Source: Camelus dromedarius
Taxonomy: Eukaryota
Assembly: GCF_036321535.1 (NCBI RefSeq)
Contig: NC_087437.1
Location: 23,438,001 to 23,502,000, forward strand
DNA: 64,000 bases
Direction of reading: 5' to 3'
This document shows, piece after piece, positions 1-12,583 of this stretch; position 1 is the stretch's first letter, and every line of letters starts with the position of its first letter. Made by a program: the position numbers and the translations under genes. The notes beneath the pieces are model-generated. The model was not told the origin of the DNA and ran no database searches. It saw nothing but the letters and a program-made list of their open reading frames with translations.

Positions 1-214
1 AATTGGTCAATGAAGACAGAAGTCACAAACAGGTCAATTCAAAGGGACTTGAAGTATTAATTGTATTTTCATTTTTACCTTTGTGAGAGTGAGGGTTGTA
101 GTTAGAGAAAGAGTACAGTGGCTGCAGAAACAAGTATGTGTCTTCTGGAAAATTGATCATGTGCTCTTATCTCCCTTTAACCCAAATTTCTCAAATACAA
201 ATAAAATAGTTGGG

Positions 215-990
215 ATGCTTATTAAGTATCAGATACTGTTATAAGGGCATTCTGGTCTTAATTCATTGAATCAGCATAACAGCCCTAACATATCAGTTAT
301 AAAATGAGGTTTTACCCCTAATTTACAGAGTCATGAGAAGGTTAAGTACCTTGTAAGGAAAATCCTGTAAGGGAGGGGTAGCATCTCTGAAAAACAAAGT
401 TAACAACACCGTGGACTAAGTATACAAGTCTTGTACATATTTTTCTAGCTTTATCACTAATGATTTCATATTTGTGATGCTGTTTTGAATGTTTTTGTTG
501 CTTTCATTTAATTTCTTATCATTTGAATATAGTGTATATAAACCAGACTGATTTTATATATCGATATTGCATCCTTATACATTTTTAAATATACTTACTG
601 TATTTGGTAGGTTTTTAAAAATAGATTCCATTGGGTTCCCTAAATAATTATGTCACTATGAATGAATACTTACTCCTTTACAAACTATGTATTTGACTTC
701 TTTTTCTTTCCTGATTGCAATGACTATAAGCTCCAATACACCATTGAATATAAGTGGTGATAATGGACATCCTTGTTTATGATTTTAGCAAGACAATTAA
801 CTACAATGTTAGCTATCGGTTTCTCATAGAGGCCTATTACCGGGTTTGAGGGAATTCCCTTCTTTTCCTCATTTTCTGAGAATTTTAGTCAGGAATAGAT
901 GTGGATTTAGTCAAATGTTTTTCCTGTGTCTTCTGGCTTTTTGGTGGGAAGGCCAGGCTTTGACTCCAGATCAGTTTGCTGCAATTCACA
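215..990 (-). mobile_element. MIR SINE (about 215-352 and 940-990) interrupted by an old L1
   Basis: MIR core-like 'cccctaatttacagag...gagaaggttaagtaccttgt' resumes as 'ggccaggctttgactccagatcagtttg' after the L1. Confidence 0.5.
430..930 (-). mobile_element. Old L1M ORF2 (RT region) fragment
   Basis: Antisense L1 motifs 'ttgaatataagtggtgataatggacatccttgt' and 'gaattcccttcttttcct...ttctgagaatttt'. Confidence 0.75.
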
Positions 991-3094
991 AACGTATGTT
1001 TGTTTGAAAAAATGTATTTTGGAATTGTGGCTAACAGGTTTTGTGCCTATCATGGACATTTAATTTTATTTTTGGCAATATTATTTTATACTTATTTCTA
1101 ATTATACTAGAGAATTTCACAATTATGCTTTGTTATCACAACAAATCACCCCGACCAACTTGGGCATTTTGACAAAGATTGAAGAAATGTTTATTGTAAT
1201 TTATGTAAAGTGATGCTAGGAAACACAGCCTTTGTAAGAAATATGTTTCAGAAGAGAAATATTTATGATAGTTTCATTTTATTTTATTGTAAGTCAAATA
1301 CTTTTATTCATCATTTTGGAAAGCTCTTTAATGTGAAAGTATTATAAATTCACCTTAAAATTAGGTTTCATATCTTATCATTGTTTCTTAATTTTCTTAT
1401 TTTATGGACCTAGATGACCAAAGAGTAATACCAATTAATACTGACTTTGGCTACTTTGTTCAAAACAATACCAAATGTCTTTACAGGCATACACATTTTA
1501 TATAAAGTTTATACATTTGACTGTCACTTTGACTATTGAAGTATTTTTCATAGAAATCTAGTACAGAACATTTCTGAATGCTACAGAACCTGTATTAATT
1601 GTTATACAGTTGTTATAGAACAGTAGAGACAACTTTGACTTTCAGTTTTCTCCCTCTGAATAAGAGAAAATGATACCCATTTGGTAGTGGGCTCCCATTA
1701 TTGCACAGGATATAGTGCAACTATCATGTTAACTGAGATAGGAGAAAAGGTACCTGGTTCAACTGCCTGCAGCAAGAAAACTTTCTACAAACCTCTTGAC
1801 TAAAAACAAAATAGTCTGTTAAGAATTACACGAAAGAAATAACTTGAAAAATAACATAAACTTGTCAGCACAAGGTTGTAAAAATGAAAAGGATGATGAG
1901 AGAACAAAGAGTGAGGTGATAAGGGATAAATAGAAACACTTTCAGCAATACATCTTTTGACCAGGATAGAAATAGAAATGTTACCTGATTGGCTGTTTTT
2001 TGGCAGAATGATTCTCCATACGGAGAATTGGCACCACATGGGGTAAACCTTTATATGACAGTGTTCTATACAGATGCTTGGACATATAAAGACATATTTT
2101 GCTTTTTAATGACTATTCTCAATAAATATCTATAAATTAATACTTTACAATCTTGGTGCTATTTGTTAAATTTTTGTCAGTAGAATTTGCTTTACTTACC
2201 TGATAGTAGTAATGCTTCCTTCCAACAAGTCACTGGAATACGATTTTCTTATTATTTAATATAAAAATGATAACTACAATTTCCTAAGCATTTATGACAA
2301 ATGAGATAGTAAAATATCTGGTGCGTAATACAGATAGAAAAAAATGACATTTCATTTTTCTACTACTCCCTCCCCTAATATAAAGCAGAATATAAATATA
2401 CATGTATCTATTAGACAACTTAGAAAATATTAATTGTTTTAACAAACAAAATCTTTCTTTGCTTAGATAAGGATAGCTAGAAGAAACTATTATGTTGACA
2501 GACATAAAAAATGCTATTTTTTTAAAGTTCTCATAGACAAAGTTTAAAATTTCAAAACTGAGGAGTAATATTTCATGAAAGGAAACTTTGGCAGATAATG
2601 AAAATTTTTAGTTCTCAAAAGAACAAAGTAAAAATTTGTGTGTTTCATATGTGAGGACCTAACAAATGCTGTAAATTCTTGGGCTTGTTGAAAATTAAAG
2701 CATTTTGCAAAAATTATGGTCATATTTATACATGTATTTAATAGGAAGGTTTGTATATCTAAAGAGTTGGCATTTGTAAAAACAACAGAGAATGACTTTA
2801 TTCATATAAATTTTGTTTTTTCCCAATCAAGTATACTCTGGAAATACATATTTATTCTGCATCAGTAATAACTCATTTTCATAAAGTATATTAAGTAAAA
2901 GGTTTTTTATGGTCCAATGAGATGAATTTTTAAAGAATCAAGTAGCCATGGTTATAGATATCAAATTATGATGAAAGGGATGGACTGCTTTTAACCTCTA
3001 TTAAATTTTGAATCATCAGAATATTTGTGTGTGGCTTGAGAGGAGCTGTCCCCTAGTTTTCTTCAGAGTGAAAAAATATTCAGTGTCATTAAAT

Positions 3095-3980
3095 TAATAA
3101 ATGAATGTATCAGGCTTCATGTAAGATTAATGAGATTTAAAGAGATGCATATTCTCTACCTGCCTCTGAGGAGCTTAAGAGTAGTATACAAGTTTTTTTT
3201 AAAAAGATAATTAATCTTTAATTAATCTTTGATTATAATTAAAGCATAGGTAGCAATACAGATAAGCTGGAATTTTTTAAGGAAGGAAGTTAGAGAAAAT
3301 GATCCAGAGGAAGTGATTCAGTTGATTCCTTCAGGAAAGTTGAAATTGCCAAATTTTCAGATAGAAGGAGGCTAATCTAGGATGAGAAACAACTGTGCTT
3401 CGGTTCAAGGGACAAGGGGCTGAAATTGGGAATTTGAGGGAAATGATAAAACTAGTGATTTAAAAAGGTCACGTATGAAACCACAGTGTTATGAGAAAGA
3501 GCTTGGCTTAATTCTGCAAGCCATAGAGATTAGTGAATTTTTAAATAGGAAAGTCATTTGTAATTCACATTTTAAAAAGATCTCTTTAGGTACTGTGGAG
3601 GAATCAGGGAGAAAGTACTATGACTGAAATTAGGGAAGCAGATAATGAGGCTGTTAACAAAATTTCAGAGAAAAATGATGAATATTGAAACATAGGTGTC
3701 ATCTGAAGGATTGGAGAGAGGTGGGTACATTTGAGAGAGAGGAAGGAGGAAGAATGAACTGATGGCTTTGAGAGATTTACTGTGCAGGTTTAAAGAGAAG
3801 AATGATAAAAAGTCTTTTTCATATTCCTGGCTTGGGAGACTGGGTGATTGGTGTTGCCATTCCTTGAGATATAGATAGTAGAAATGAGAATACAGATGGA
3901 GAGAGAGAAAACAAAAATGAGTTTAGCACTGGACATGCTAAATTTGGAGTGACTGTGGGACTTCAGAGTGCTGATGTCAA
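3095..3980 (-). mobile_element. L2 LINE remnant
   Basis: Purine-rich L2 antisense motifs 'ctggcttgggagactgggtgattggtgttgccatt' and 'tgagtttagcactggacatgctaaatttggagtg'. Confidence 0.7.
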
Positions 3981-4914
3981 TTCTGCTGGGATAAACTTGC
4001 TAACAGATCATAAATTCGAATTTATTCCCCAGAAGCAGTGTATTCTTTACATCGTAATCCTTTCATAAATATATGCTTATTCAAATCCTTTAACATGAAG
4101 AGTTCAAGCAATTAGCCACTAAGGCATCCTTTGTATCAATGAGTGATTATATCTATGATACATTCTGTAAGAGAAAAGTGCATTTTCTTATTCTGAGTAG
4201 ATTAAATCTTTAAAAAGGTTGGGTATTTGCCTAAAAATTTTCCAAAATACCAAATTAATTTCTGATTATAATGAATGAAATAGAAAACTAGCACAGGGAT
4301 TTTTTTTTTTATTACATGATTTCCCCAAATGATTATCTTACTTGGATGAATTTTAGGGGAAAAATGCTTGAAACAATTAACTTCACCTCTATTTCTATAT
4401 TGGGCTAAGATGAACATATTCAACTCAAACTAATATTTCAAGTGTGGAGTTTTATGTAATATTTATGCTTAGAAAAGTGTGTCTATGTCCCTTATTATCA
4501 GTTTTCTCCATGGAGACCATGGCACCTCATAAAAAAAGTCCCACACTTGGAATAAAGTCTTCAAATCATTTTGTTGGCTTGCACCTCCCTCTTGATTGTA
4601 ACTTTACAAACAGGATAGAATTAGCTGTAGGACAAAGCACACGCTGGCTGCTTTGGAATGTCCTCTTTTGTGCAAGGAAAAAGAGCAGATGTACCTTTAG
4701 ATGATGTTGTGTGGAGCTCCTTTGAACCTTATTAAATCTTTTCATCAACAGGAAGGAGACATCCTCCTGAGATAATTTCCTTTTACCATCTCTCTCTGTC
4801 TCTCTTCTCCCAAATCTGAAAGCAGCAGTATTCTACAGAAAGCAGATGTGAACTGAATGAGACTTTTTTTTAAAGCTCTTACATAAATAAGAAGGAAGCT
4901 GTCATCAATGTGTA

Positions 4915-5060
4915 GTGTTCATTCACTTGATAATATATATTAACCCCATACCATATGTAAAACACTGTTTTAGGGTCCAGTATATATAATGGTGACAAAA
5001 GCAGTTAAGATTCCTGCTTTCTAGCAGCTAAGACTAAGTATAGTAGGGAATACTGCATTG
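4915..5060 (-). mobile_element. L2 3' end fragment
   Basis: 'attcacttgataatatatatt...cactgttttagggtcc...ttcctgctttctagcagct' resembles the L2 3' terminus. Confidence 0.5.
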
Positions 5061-5793
5061 ATTTTAAAAAAAATAGTCATAAATACATAAACCTGAGACC
5101 TGTCCGGGTTAACTCCTGATGTCAAGCAAGTGGCTTTTTATTTTAAAGAAATCTTGGGTATGGGAAAAACCACAATTCCACAGAATTTTTTTGCTGTAGC
5201 TGTTTGAAAATGCACCATTTGTTTAAAAAAAAAAATCATTTGGACCAAAGTAGTTAAAACAGAATATAAATAAAAGGAATCAGTGTATAAAAATAATATT
5301 TACAAATTTTTATTCCATTAGTGTTTAGTGTTTTGTTTCATTTTTATCATCTGAGAGAATTTTGTCTTTGTGTACTAAGTTTAACCATATATTTTATATA
5401 TATTTTAATATTTCTACCCATTTTCCAGACCTTAAATTTGTCATTTATTTTCTTTTAATTATGCTTACCCTATTTATTTGCTAGCACTAATGAATTTTAA
5501 AACTTTTATCTCTGACAAAAATTATATTATCTGAACACAAATTTGCAGCACAGATGTAATTGGCAGAAATTTTGAAATTTTAAAAAGCTGAATAAAGTCA
5601 AAATATTTTAAAAAGCAAATATCTCCAAGAATGAATAGAAATAAACCTCCCAAACCAAAAATCTAAAAAAAAAATTCTTTCTCAAAAACACTTAACATTA
5701 TAAAATTATTTCATTTCACATAAAAATTAGATAGAAACTCTAAAAAATGAATAAAAACACTAAAAAGTTTATTTGAAACTTAAAAAAATGATA

Positions 5794-7503
5794 GGACTTC
5801 TGATTTCTAGTTCCACATGTAAAAACCTTAGAAGTCACCACTTTTCCTGACAACAAATAAAAATTGTGACCACATTGAAAAGCTACATCTATTCTTGAAT
5901 GTGAAAAAGAGGAGGACATAGGCCCCTTAGTATAAAGCAACAGTAATCAAGACAGTGAGGTACTAGCAAAAGAAAAAACAAATAGATCAATGTGACATAG
6001 TAGAGAATACAGAAATAGACCCCAATAAATATTGTCAGCTGATCTTTGGCAAAAGAGTAAAGGCAATACAATGGAGTAAAGATAGTCTTTTCAACATATG
6101 GTGCTGGAACAACTGGACATGCAAAATAATAAAGGTACATACCTTATACTCTTTAAAAAATTTACTCAAAATGAACCAGTAATAAATAAGAAATCCAAAA
6201 GTATAAACTTCTAGAAGATAACATAGAAGAGAACCTGGATGACCTAGGGTATAACCTTGGGTATGGTGGTTCCCTATTAAATACAGCACCAAAGACAATT
6301 CATGAAAGAAATAACTGATAATCTGGACTCCATTAAAATTGAAAATTTCTGCTCTGTGAAGGACAATGTTAAGTGAGTGAGAAGACAAGCCACAGATGGG
6401 GAAAAGATATTTGCAAAAGACACATCTGACAAAGGACTAATATCCAAAATATACAAAGTATTTATAAAACTCAAGAGTCAGAAAGCAAACAACTTGATTA
6501 TAAAATGGATTAAACCGTTTAAAAAGACACCTCACCAAAGAATATACACAGATGACAAACATATGAAAAGACAATCCACGTCACATGCCATCAGGGAAGT
6601 GCACATTAAAACAATGAGATACAGCTACACACCTATGAAAATGGCCAAAATTCAAAACATTGATGACACCAAATGCTGGTGAAGATGTGAAGCTACAGGA
6701 AATATCATTCACTGGTGGTGGAGTACAAATAGATACAGTCAGTTTGGAAGACAATTTGACCATTTCTTACAAAATTAAACATACTGTTAAGAATGTGGTC
6801 TAAAAATTGTGCTTCTTTATATTTGCCCAAAGAATTTTAAAACTTATTTCCACTCAAAAACATGCACATGGATATATATAGCAGCTTTATTCATAATTGC
6901 TGAAACCTGAAAGCACCAAAGATGTCCTTCAGTAGCTGAATGGATAAATAAACTGTTACATCTAGACAATGAAATATTATTCAGTGTTGAAAAGAAGTGA
7001 GTTATTAAGCCATAAAATGACATGGAGGAATCTTTAATGCATATTACTAAGTGAAAGTAACCAATCTGAAAAGGCTACATACTATATGATTTCAACTACC
7101 TAACATTCTAGAAAAGGCAAAACCATGGAGATAGTAAAAACATCGGTGGTTGCCAGGAGTTTGGGCACAAGGGATGAACAGGTGAAGCACAGAGGATTTT
7201 TCAGGCAGTGAAAATACTCTGGATGATGCCATAATAATGGATACATGTCATTATACATTTGTCCAAGCCCACGGACTGTACAATGCCAAGAGTGAAATTT
7301 AATGTAAACTATGGACTTTGGATGATTATGATGTGTCTATAGGTTTACCAGTTTTCAGTTTATCAGTTACTATTCTGATGGGGGATGTTGATAATGGATG
7401 TAGGCTGTGCATGTATGGGGGCAGGAGAATAGGGAAATATCTTTACCTTCCCTCAATTTTACTGGGAACCTAACACTGCTTTTTAAAACAATGAAGTCTT
7501 AAA
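5794..7503 (+). mobile_element. L1MC-like LINE-1: short 5'-end-like piece joined to 3' ORF2 and 3'UTR
   Basis: Decayed ORF2 C-terminal peptides (6377-6682 'RQATDGEKIFAKDTSDKGLISKIYK...TKCW'); L1MC-type 3'UTR 'aatgtaaactatggactttg...ggggatgttgataatgg'. Confidence 0.85.
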
Positions 7504-8207
7504 ATGAGGGAAATCTTATATAGTGCACAGAATTTATTAGTTCATGAAAAACGTATTTTTTCGGTAAATTCAGTTGGAGTTGGCCACAGTTGCCAATGGA
7601 TTTTCCAATGGACACTTGTTTCCTTGATTGCCAAAAAAAAAAAAAAAAGTTTCAAGTGTAGTGTAGTGGACGTCTTTCTCCCATCAGCCACCCTCATCAT
7701 TAGCTTGCTCTCAAAGTGTGTTGGGAGATACTGGGTCTTTTTGCCAGCACCTCTACTTAATCATATGATAGCAACAACTTCTAGGTGAATAAACTGCTTT
7801 TCTTAGAGTCTTAGTTCCAGAGGCATTTCACCTAGAACAAACTCTTCAATTTTTGTAGCATATGTGTGAAACCTTTCTTTGTTTCTAATTCACATGTTAA
7901 TTCCTTACTTGTGTTTTCTATTAGTCCTTTCCTTAGCTTTCAGTTGATGGTTACTGGGGACAGGACTGGTAGGAAACAGGAGGAATGCCTGTGCTCACAT
8001 TGCCCCTTTTTCCTTGAACGTTCTTGCTTATGTCCTTCATGGACAGTATTATACCAAATTGAAGAGCCAACAGAATGCAAAAAGAAAAATCAGTGTGATG
8101 TTGAAAGAGTCAGTCTAAATTTGATTCTTTATGTATTCCATCTTTAGAAAGCCTTCCCTTAAGTTTGCAGCTGGGTTCAGCGGCTTTATATGTTTGCACA
8201 CAATATT

Positions 8208-8262
8208 GTGTGTAAATGTGTGTGTGTGCTTATATACGTGTGTGTGTGTGTGTGTGTATATA

Positions 8263-8300
<38 letters not shown>
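8208..8300. repeat. Compound (TG)n(TA)n microsatellite
   Basis: Directly visible. Confidence 0.95.
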
Positions 8301-8304
<4 letters not shown>

Positions 8305-8329
8305 AATTTACTGCATTGCATAATTAGCC

Positions 8330-8445
8330 CTTATTAGACTGTGAGCACCCTGGAGGCAGAGAATATATGTTAGTAATATTAAAATCCCCAAGACCTGATT
8401 TAATACTTGAACATAGAATAACTCCAATGTATATTAGTTAAATCA
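8330..8445 (+). mobile_element. L2 3' end
   Basis: 'ttagactgtgagcaccctggaggcagaga' is typical of the L2 3' terminus. Confidence 0.65.
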
Positions 8446-9719
8446 AGTATGGTGAATTTTATGCATACAAGTATGGATAAGCATTCCTTATTTGTATGAA
8501 GTCTTACCACTTTTTCATAAAGAATCTAAATTTATTTCCTATTTACATAATTGTCCATATTTTTGCTTGTTTAATGTGATTATAGTCAGTGAGAAGACAC
8601 ATTAACTATGAGGTATAACATGAATTTATCACCTGATCAGTGGACTTTGGAACTATACCTTGATAAAGAGCATAAGTACATTATTGTTTAGCTTTGGTAT
8701 TTAGTTTTGCAATAGCTTATGCTTATCCACCATTGCCTATATATAATAATTTTCTATATTTGACACTTGTTTTATAATCAGATTTTAATGGTACTGACTA
8801 CCATTAACAATCTTTTTGAGTAATCTCTGACTTCAAAGACAGATCGATTTGAATGTCATTTAAAAAGTACCTAATGTTGATAATTCATGTGTAGTAATAT
8901 TTACATATATATAATTAATTACCTAATGATATTTCCACTAAGTAGAAATAGCCTACTGGGTTATTTTCACATATTATTAAATAAGAAGTTCAGGGAAAGT
9001 TTTTAGTTGGTTTAGTAGCTAACAATTCAGCTCGAATTTAATGTGACACCCACAACCAATATAAAATTGGATTTGTCCATTTTCTAATATGATATCAAAA
9101 ACAGTCTTAAAATACCCATTAAAGAAGCAATGACACTGGTGATAAAGGATTCAGTGTCTAGCAGAGTGTGCACAGAAGCAGCCTCTGTACATCTGCTAAA
9201 TTGTTTTAAAAAATTAATCCAGAAGGTGTAGATAAATTGGATTAGAATTGGAATAAAGTATAATATAAATACAATAATTAAGGCCTATTCACATAATATA
9301 AGTTGCCAAAATGGCCTTTCTTAGTACTTATGCTGCTGGTTCAGGGCTTTTAATGCACAGAGCTTCAGTGGCAAAGAAATAACTGAATTCTGATGAAAAC
9401 AATCAGGCTTTCCACCCACCCGATATGTTTTTACTATTTGTGAGAAGAGATACAGTTAGAGTAGCAACTGTAAATATTTCTTGACAAGTCACTATTTAGA
9501 ACAGCCTCTGGTAGTGATTTGAGATACAAAGAGCTTAGAGTCTATGGAGAAAACCAAGCACACATAAAATATAAACAGTAATAAGTGCTCAGGATTGGTA
9601 GAAATAATAATTCAGTCAGATTAATAATAATGTGAGAGAACTTTATTGAGACCATAACAATCTCTTCCTAAGGTTTGGATAGGATTTGTTATAGGAATTA
9701 AATAATAAAAATAATATGT

Positions 9720-9920
9720 GCTATTACTGCGTATCATGATACTTGATAGTATTATGTTCAACACCATACTATGAAGTGGCTCTTATTATTCCCAGTTTAC
9801 CCCTAAAAAATCCCAAATAATTTGTACAGGAGGCAGGCACACAGCTGATAAGTGTTAGAGTTGGAATATGAATTCAGGACTCACTGCTTCTAAAACCCAA
9901 GCTCTTTCCATTATACCTTG
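9720..9920 (-). mobile_element. MIR SINE
   Basis: 'ttattattcccagtttac...cacagctgataagtgttagagttggaatatgaattcagg...aaaacccaagctctttcc'. Confidence 0.7.
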
Positions 9921-10189
9921 CTGACTGCTAATATCATTTCAAACTCAATTTTCCCTATTCAAGCAGTGTACCCTCATTTGGGAAATAATAACACAACCTT
10001 CAAGTTATAAGGAATTGTGACAAAAGAGACAAAAGGTGAGCGCTTAAGGAGGAGGAAATCAACTTCCTAGGCATATCATTATAGACATTGTTTAGATAAC
10101 CTTTTTTCATTGAACACCAATGGTCCTAGACAGAATGAACAGTGTACCAGCTTAGACTGCAAACAGAAGTGACAGGAGCTTCAAGAGGG

Positions 10190-10620
10190 GAGAGGTTTTT
10201 GTCTCTCTCCTACAGGAAGACTAGAATATGTACTCCAGAGCTCTTTTGACTGCTATGTGGTGATTCAATCAAGAACCTGCATTTTTTTTCCCCCCTTTTT
10301 TCTGTTTCACTCTTTGCATGAGTCTTCTGTCTTTAGGATCGTCTCTAGGTCCAAAATGTCTGATGGAATAAACTCTCTTCATCATATCTGCGTTTCAGAG
10401 AAGCAGCAGGAATAAAGGAAGGGGTATATGCCAGCTCTGTGTGCTTCTAAAAAGAGCTTCCCCCAGTGCCACGTGCTGACTTCTACCTTTTTCTCCATAG
10501 TCATCTCCAGCTACATAGACAACTGGGAAATGCAGTTATTTAGTTATGAAAATTGTTATCCAGCATCATACTTGGGTTTTGTTAGTAAGGATGAAGGGAG
10601 AATGGGTATTGAGTAGCAGT
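10190..10620 (-). mobile_element. MLT1-type (MaLR) LTR remnant
   Basis: 'ctgggaaatgcagttatttag...ttttgttagtaaggatgaagggagaatgggtattgagtagcag' resembles the end of old MLT1J/K LTRs. Confidence 0.55.
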
Positions 10621-11237
10621 CTGGGCCCCAAGCACTAATGTAACAAAACAGTGAACATATTCCAGGCGTGCATTACCCAAGCAGTTTAAGTAGCTTGGCT
10701 CTCTTGTTAGGGTTAATTGGGAGTTTGTGGAATCCCCACTGGGAGAGTTTCAAAGGGAAAACTGAGTGATCAGGTAATTTATGCAGCTCAAATCAGGTGA
10801 AAAATTCAGTTAAACTCTTATGATGTGCTCTCTGTCACAAAGCTGTCTGTCTGCTTACATTTTCTCTCAGCCCATCAGAAGGAATTAACTTAATCAGCAG
10901 TACAAGATCAAACTGTATTATGTATGCAATTTTATATTCTTAGCAACTTTCTGGCAATCCAGAAGTCATTTTTGCCATCAGTCATAGAAATCATGTGTAT
11001 ATTTTTGTGGTCAATGTTTTATTTTCATAATTCACATTCATAAATATATAATATATGACATGTACATGTCCTGATGATATTCAGTTATGATATCCCCCAG
11101 GAAACATTTCAAATGATGCAATTCACAACATGGAGAAAAATTCTCACAGGTCAAATTTGAGGCTGCTTCTAAATTTTTCTTTGATCTGAAGTAAATTAAT
11201 TCCTTAGTAGGAAAAAAAAATAGATTACAGGGATGCA

Positions 11238-11385
11238 GGGTAGCACTGCAGAAAGAGCATGGACTTTGGACTTGAATAAATCTCAGTTTCAATCCCATCT
11301 CCGACCATGATTTACTTGGTGTTTGACTTTGGACCAGTTGTGCAAACTCCCTGAGCCTCACCTTTTAACTGTAAAATTGTGGTTC
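11238..11385 (+). mobile_element. MIR SINE
   Basis: 'gaaagagcatggactttgga...tttcaatccca...tgactttggaccagtt...ccctgagcctca...ctgtaaaat'. Confidence 0.8.
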
Positions 11386-12498
11386 TGGCCCATAGGTAGG
11401 CCTGGGACCTCTGTAGTGTGTTATACTTAGGAAATGTCTGTCTGTTAACTCTCTTAGCAGCAGCCTACCAACAAGTCAGCCTTCCTTGGTTAACACAAGG
11501 TAAAGCAAATTCCAAGATTTAGGCACCTACTTCCTCAAGCCACCAGTTCAGAGATGGGGCATGGGTAGCAAATGTGTGGGACTGCATGGCTGAGCACATT
11601 TTATGCGATGGAGTCAGCACACTGAGTTTTTGTAACTAATTCTTCTTGTCCTGAGGGGCCAGGCAGCCTGGATTCATTCCAGTGTCTATAAACTGAATTT
11701 GTCCTCAGGCCAGACCTTTAAGTCCTAGGAAAAGAACAGGCTGGGAGGAAAAATTTTAAAAAAACCCACAAAAACAGAACAAAGCAAAGTATTGTACTGC
11801 TACATCTTGGAACACAGGAACTCCTGCACTGGGATCTGTTAACAACATTGTAACCCAGTGGGAGAAATGCACTATCTCAGTTTTGTCAAAAACTGCAGTT
11901 GCATCTTTTGCCTCCCAGATGCTGACTTGAATGCCTGGAAGTTGATGTGGAATAGCTGTGTCACCCACCATAAAAATAGGACAACCAAGCAAAGCAGGTG
12001 ACCACCCCCATAGCAGGGCAGTTCAGTGCAGTGGACATGCCCCCACGCTCAGCCCAGGTGAGATGGCTCCTGGCAGAGACCTGCTCAGGGGACTGTTTGG
12101 GAGGAACTTCAGTTCCTGATGCCTGAGTGTGGAAACATTGAGTATTGAGTATCTGCTAGTCATCCTTCCAGAGCCTCCCAGATATACATACATACAGAGG
12201 CCAGACAATACAAGGGATTAAGAATCCTGAAGTTAAGCAGGTGGAGATCATGAGTCAATGGAATTTGGTTATATGCCATGGTAAATAACTCATTTATATT
12301 TAAGCTTATATGCCGTGTCTAGCAGCGTGGTCTCTCTTATTCACTATGTAAGATCTTGTTTGTTAATGGGCAGAAGCTGAGTGGAGGTAAATCCTGATTA
12401 TTTATACTCTAGCAGAGCAAGTAAGGTTCCCCTAAGGAGCCCTAGTGTTGTGTTGGGTCCCAAGATTAGATACCATGAGATAAAACTAATGGATCCAG

Positions 12499-12583
12499 TT
12501 TATGTATAGCTGAAAAATTGTGCTGTACACTGAAATTTGACACAACATTGTAAAATGATTATAAATCAATAAAAAATGTTAAA
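12499..12583 (+). mobile_element. Very short young L1 3' end (camelid-type) with TSD
   Basis: Same 3' terminus as the L1 ending at 28.7 kb; direct repeats 12482-12498 aaaactaatggatccag and 12584-12600 aaaaatagtggatccag (15/17). Confidence 0.9.

Noticed and set aside
2194..2375. Perfect minus-strand donor CAG|GTAAGT at 2200 with possible upstream acceptors
   Set aside because: No convincing open frame or coding texture; such donors (also about 24950 on - and 54523 on +) occur by chance in 64 kb.
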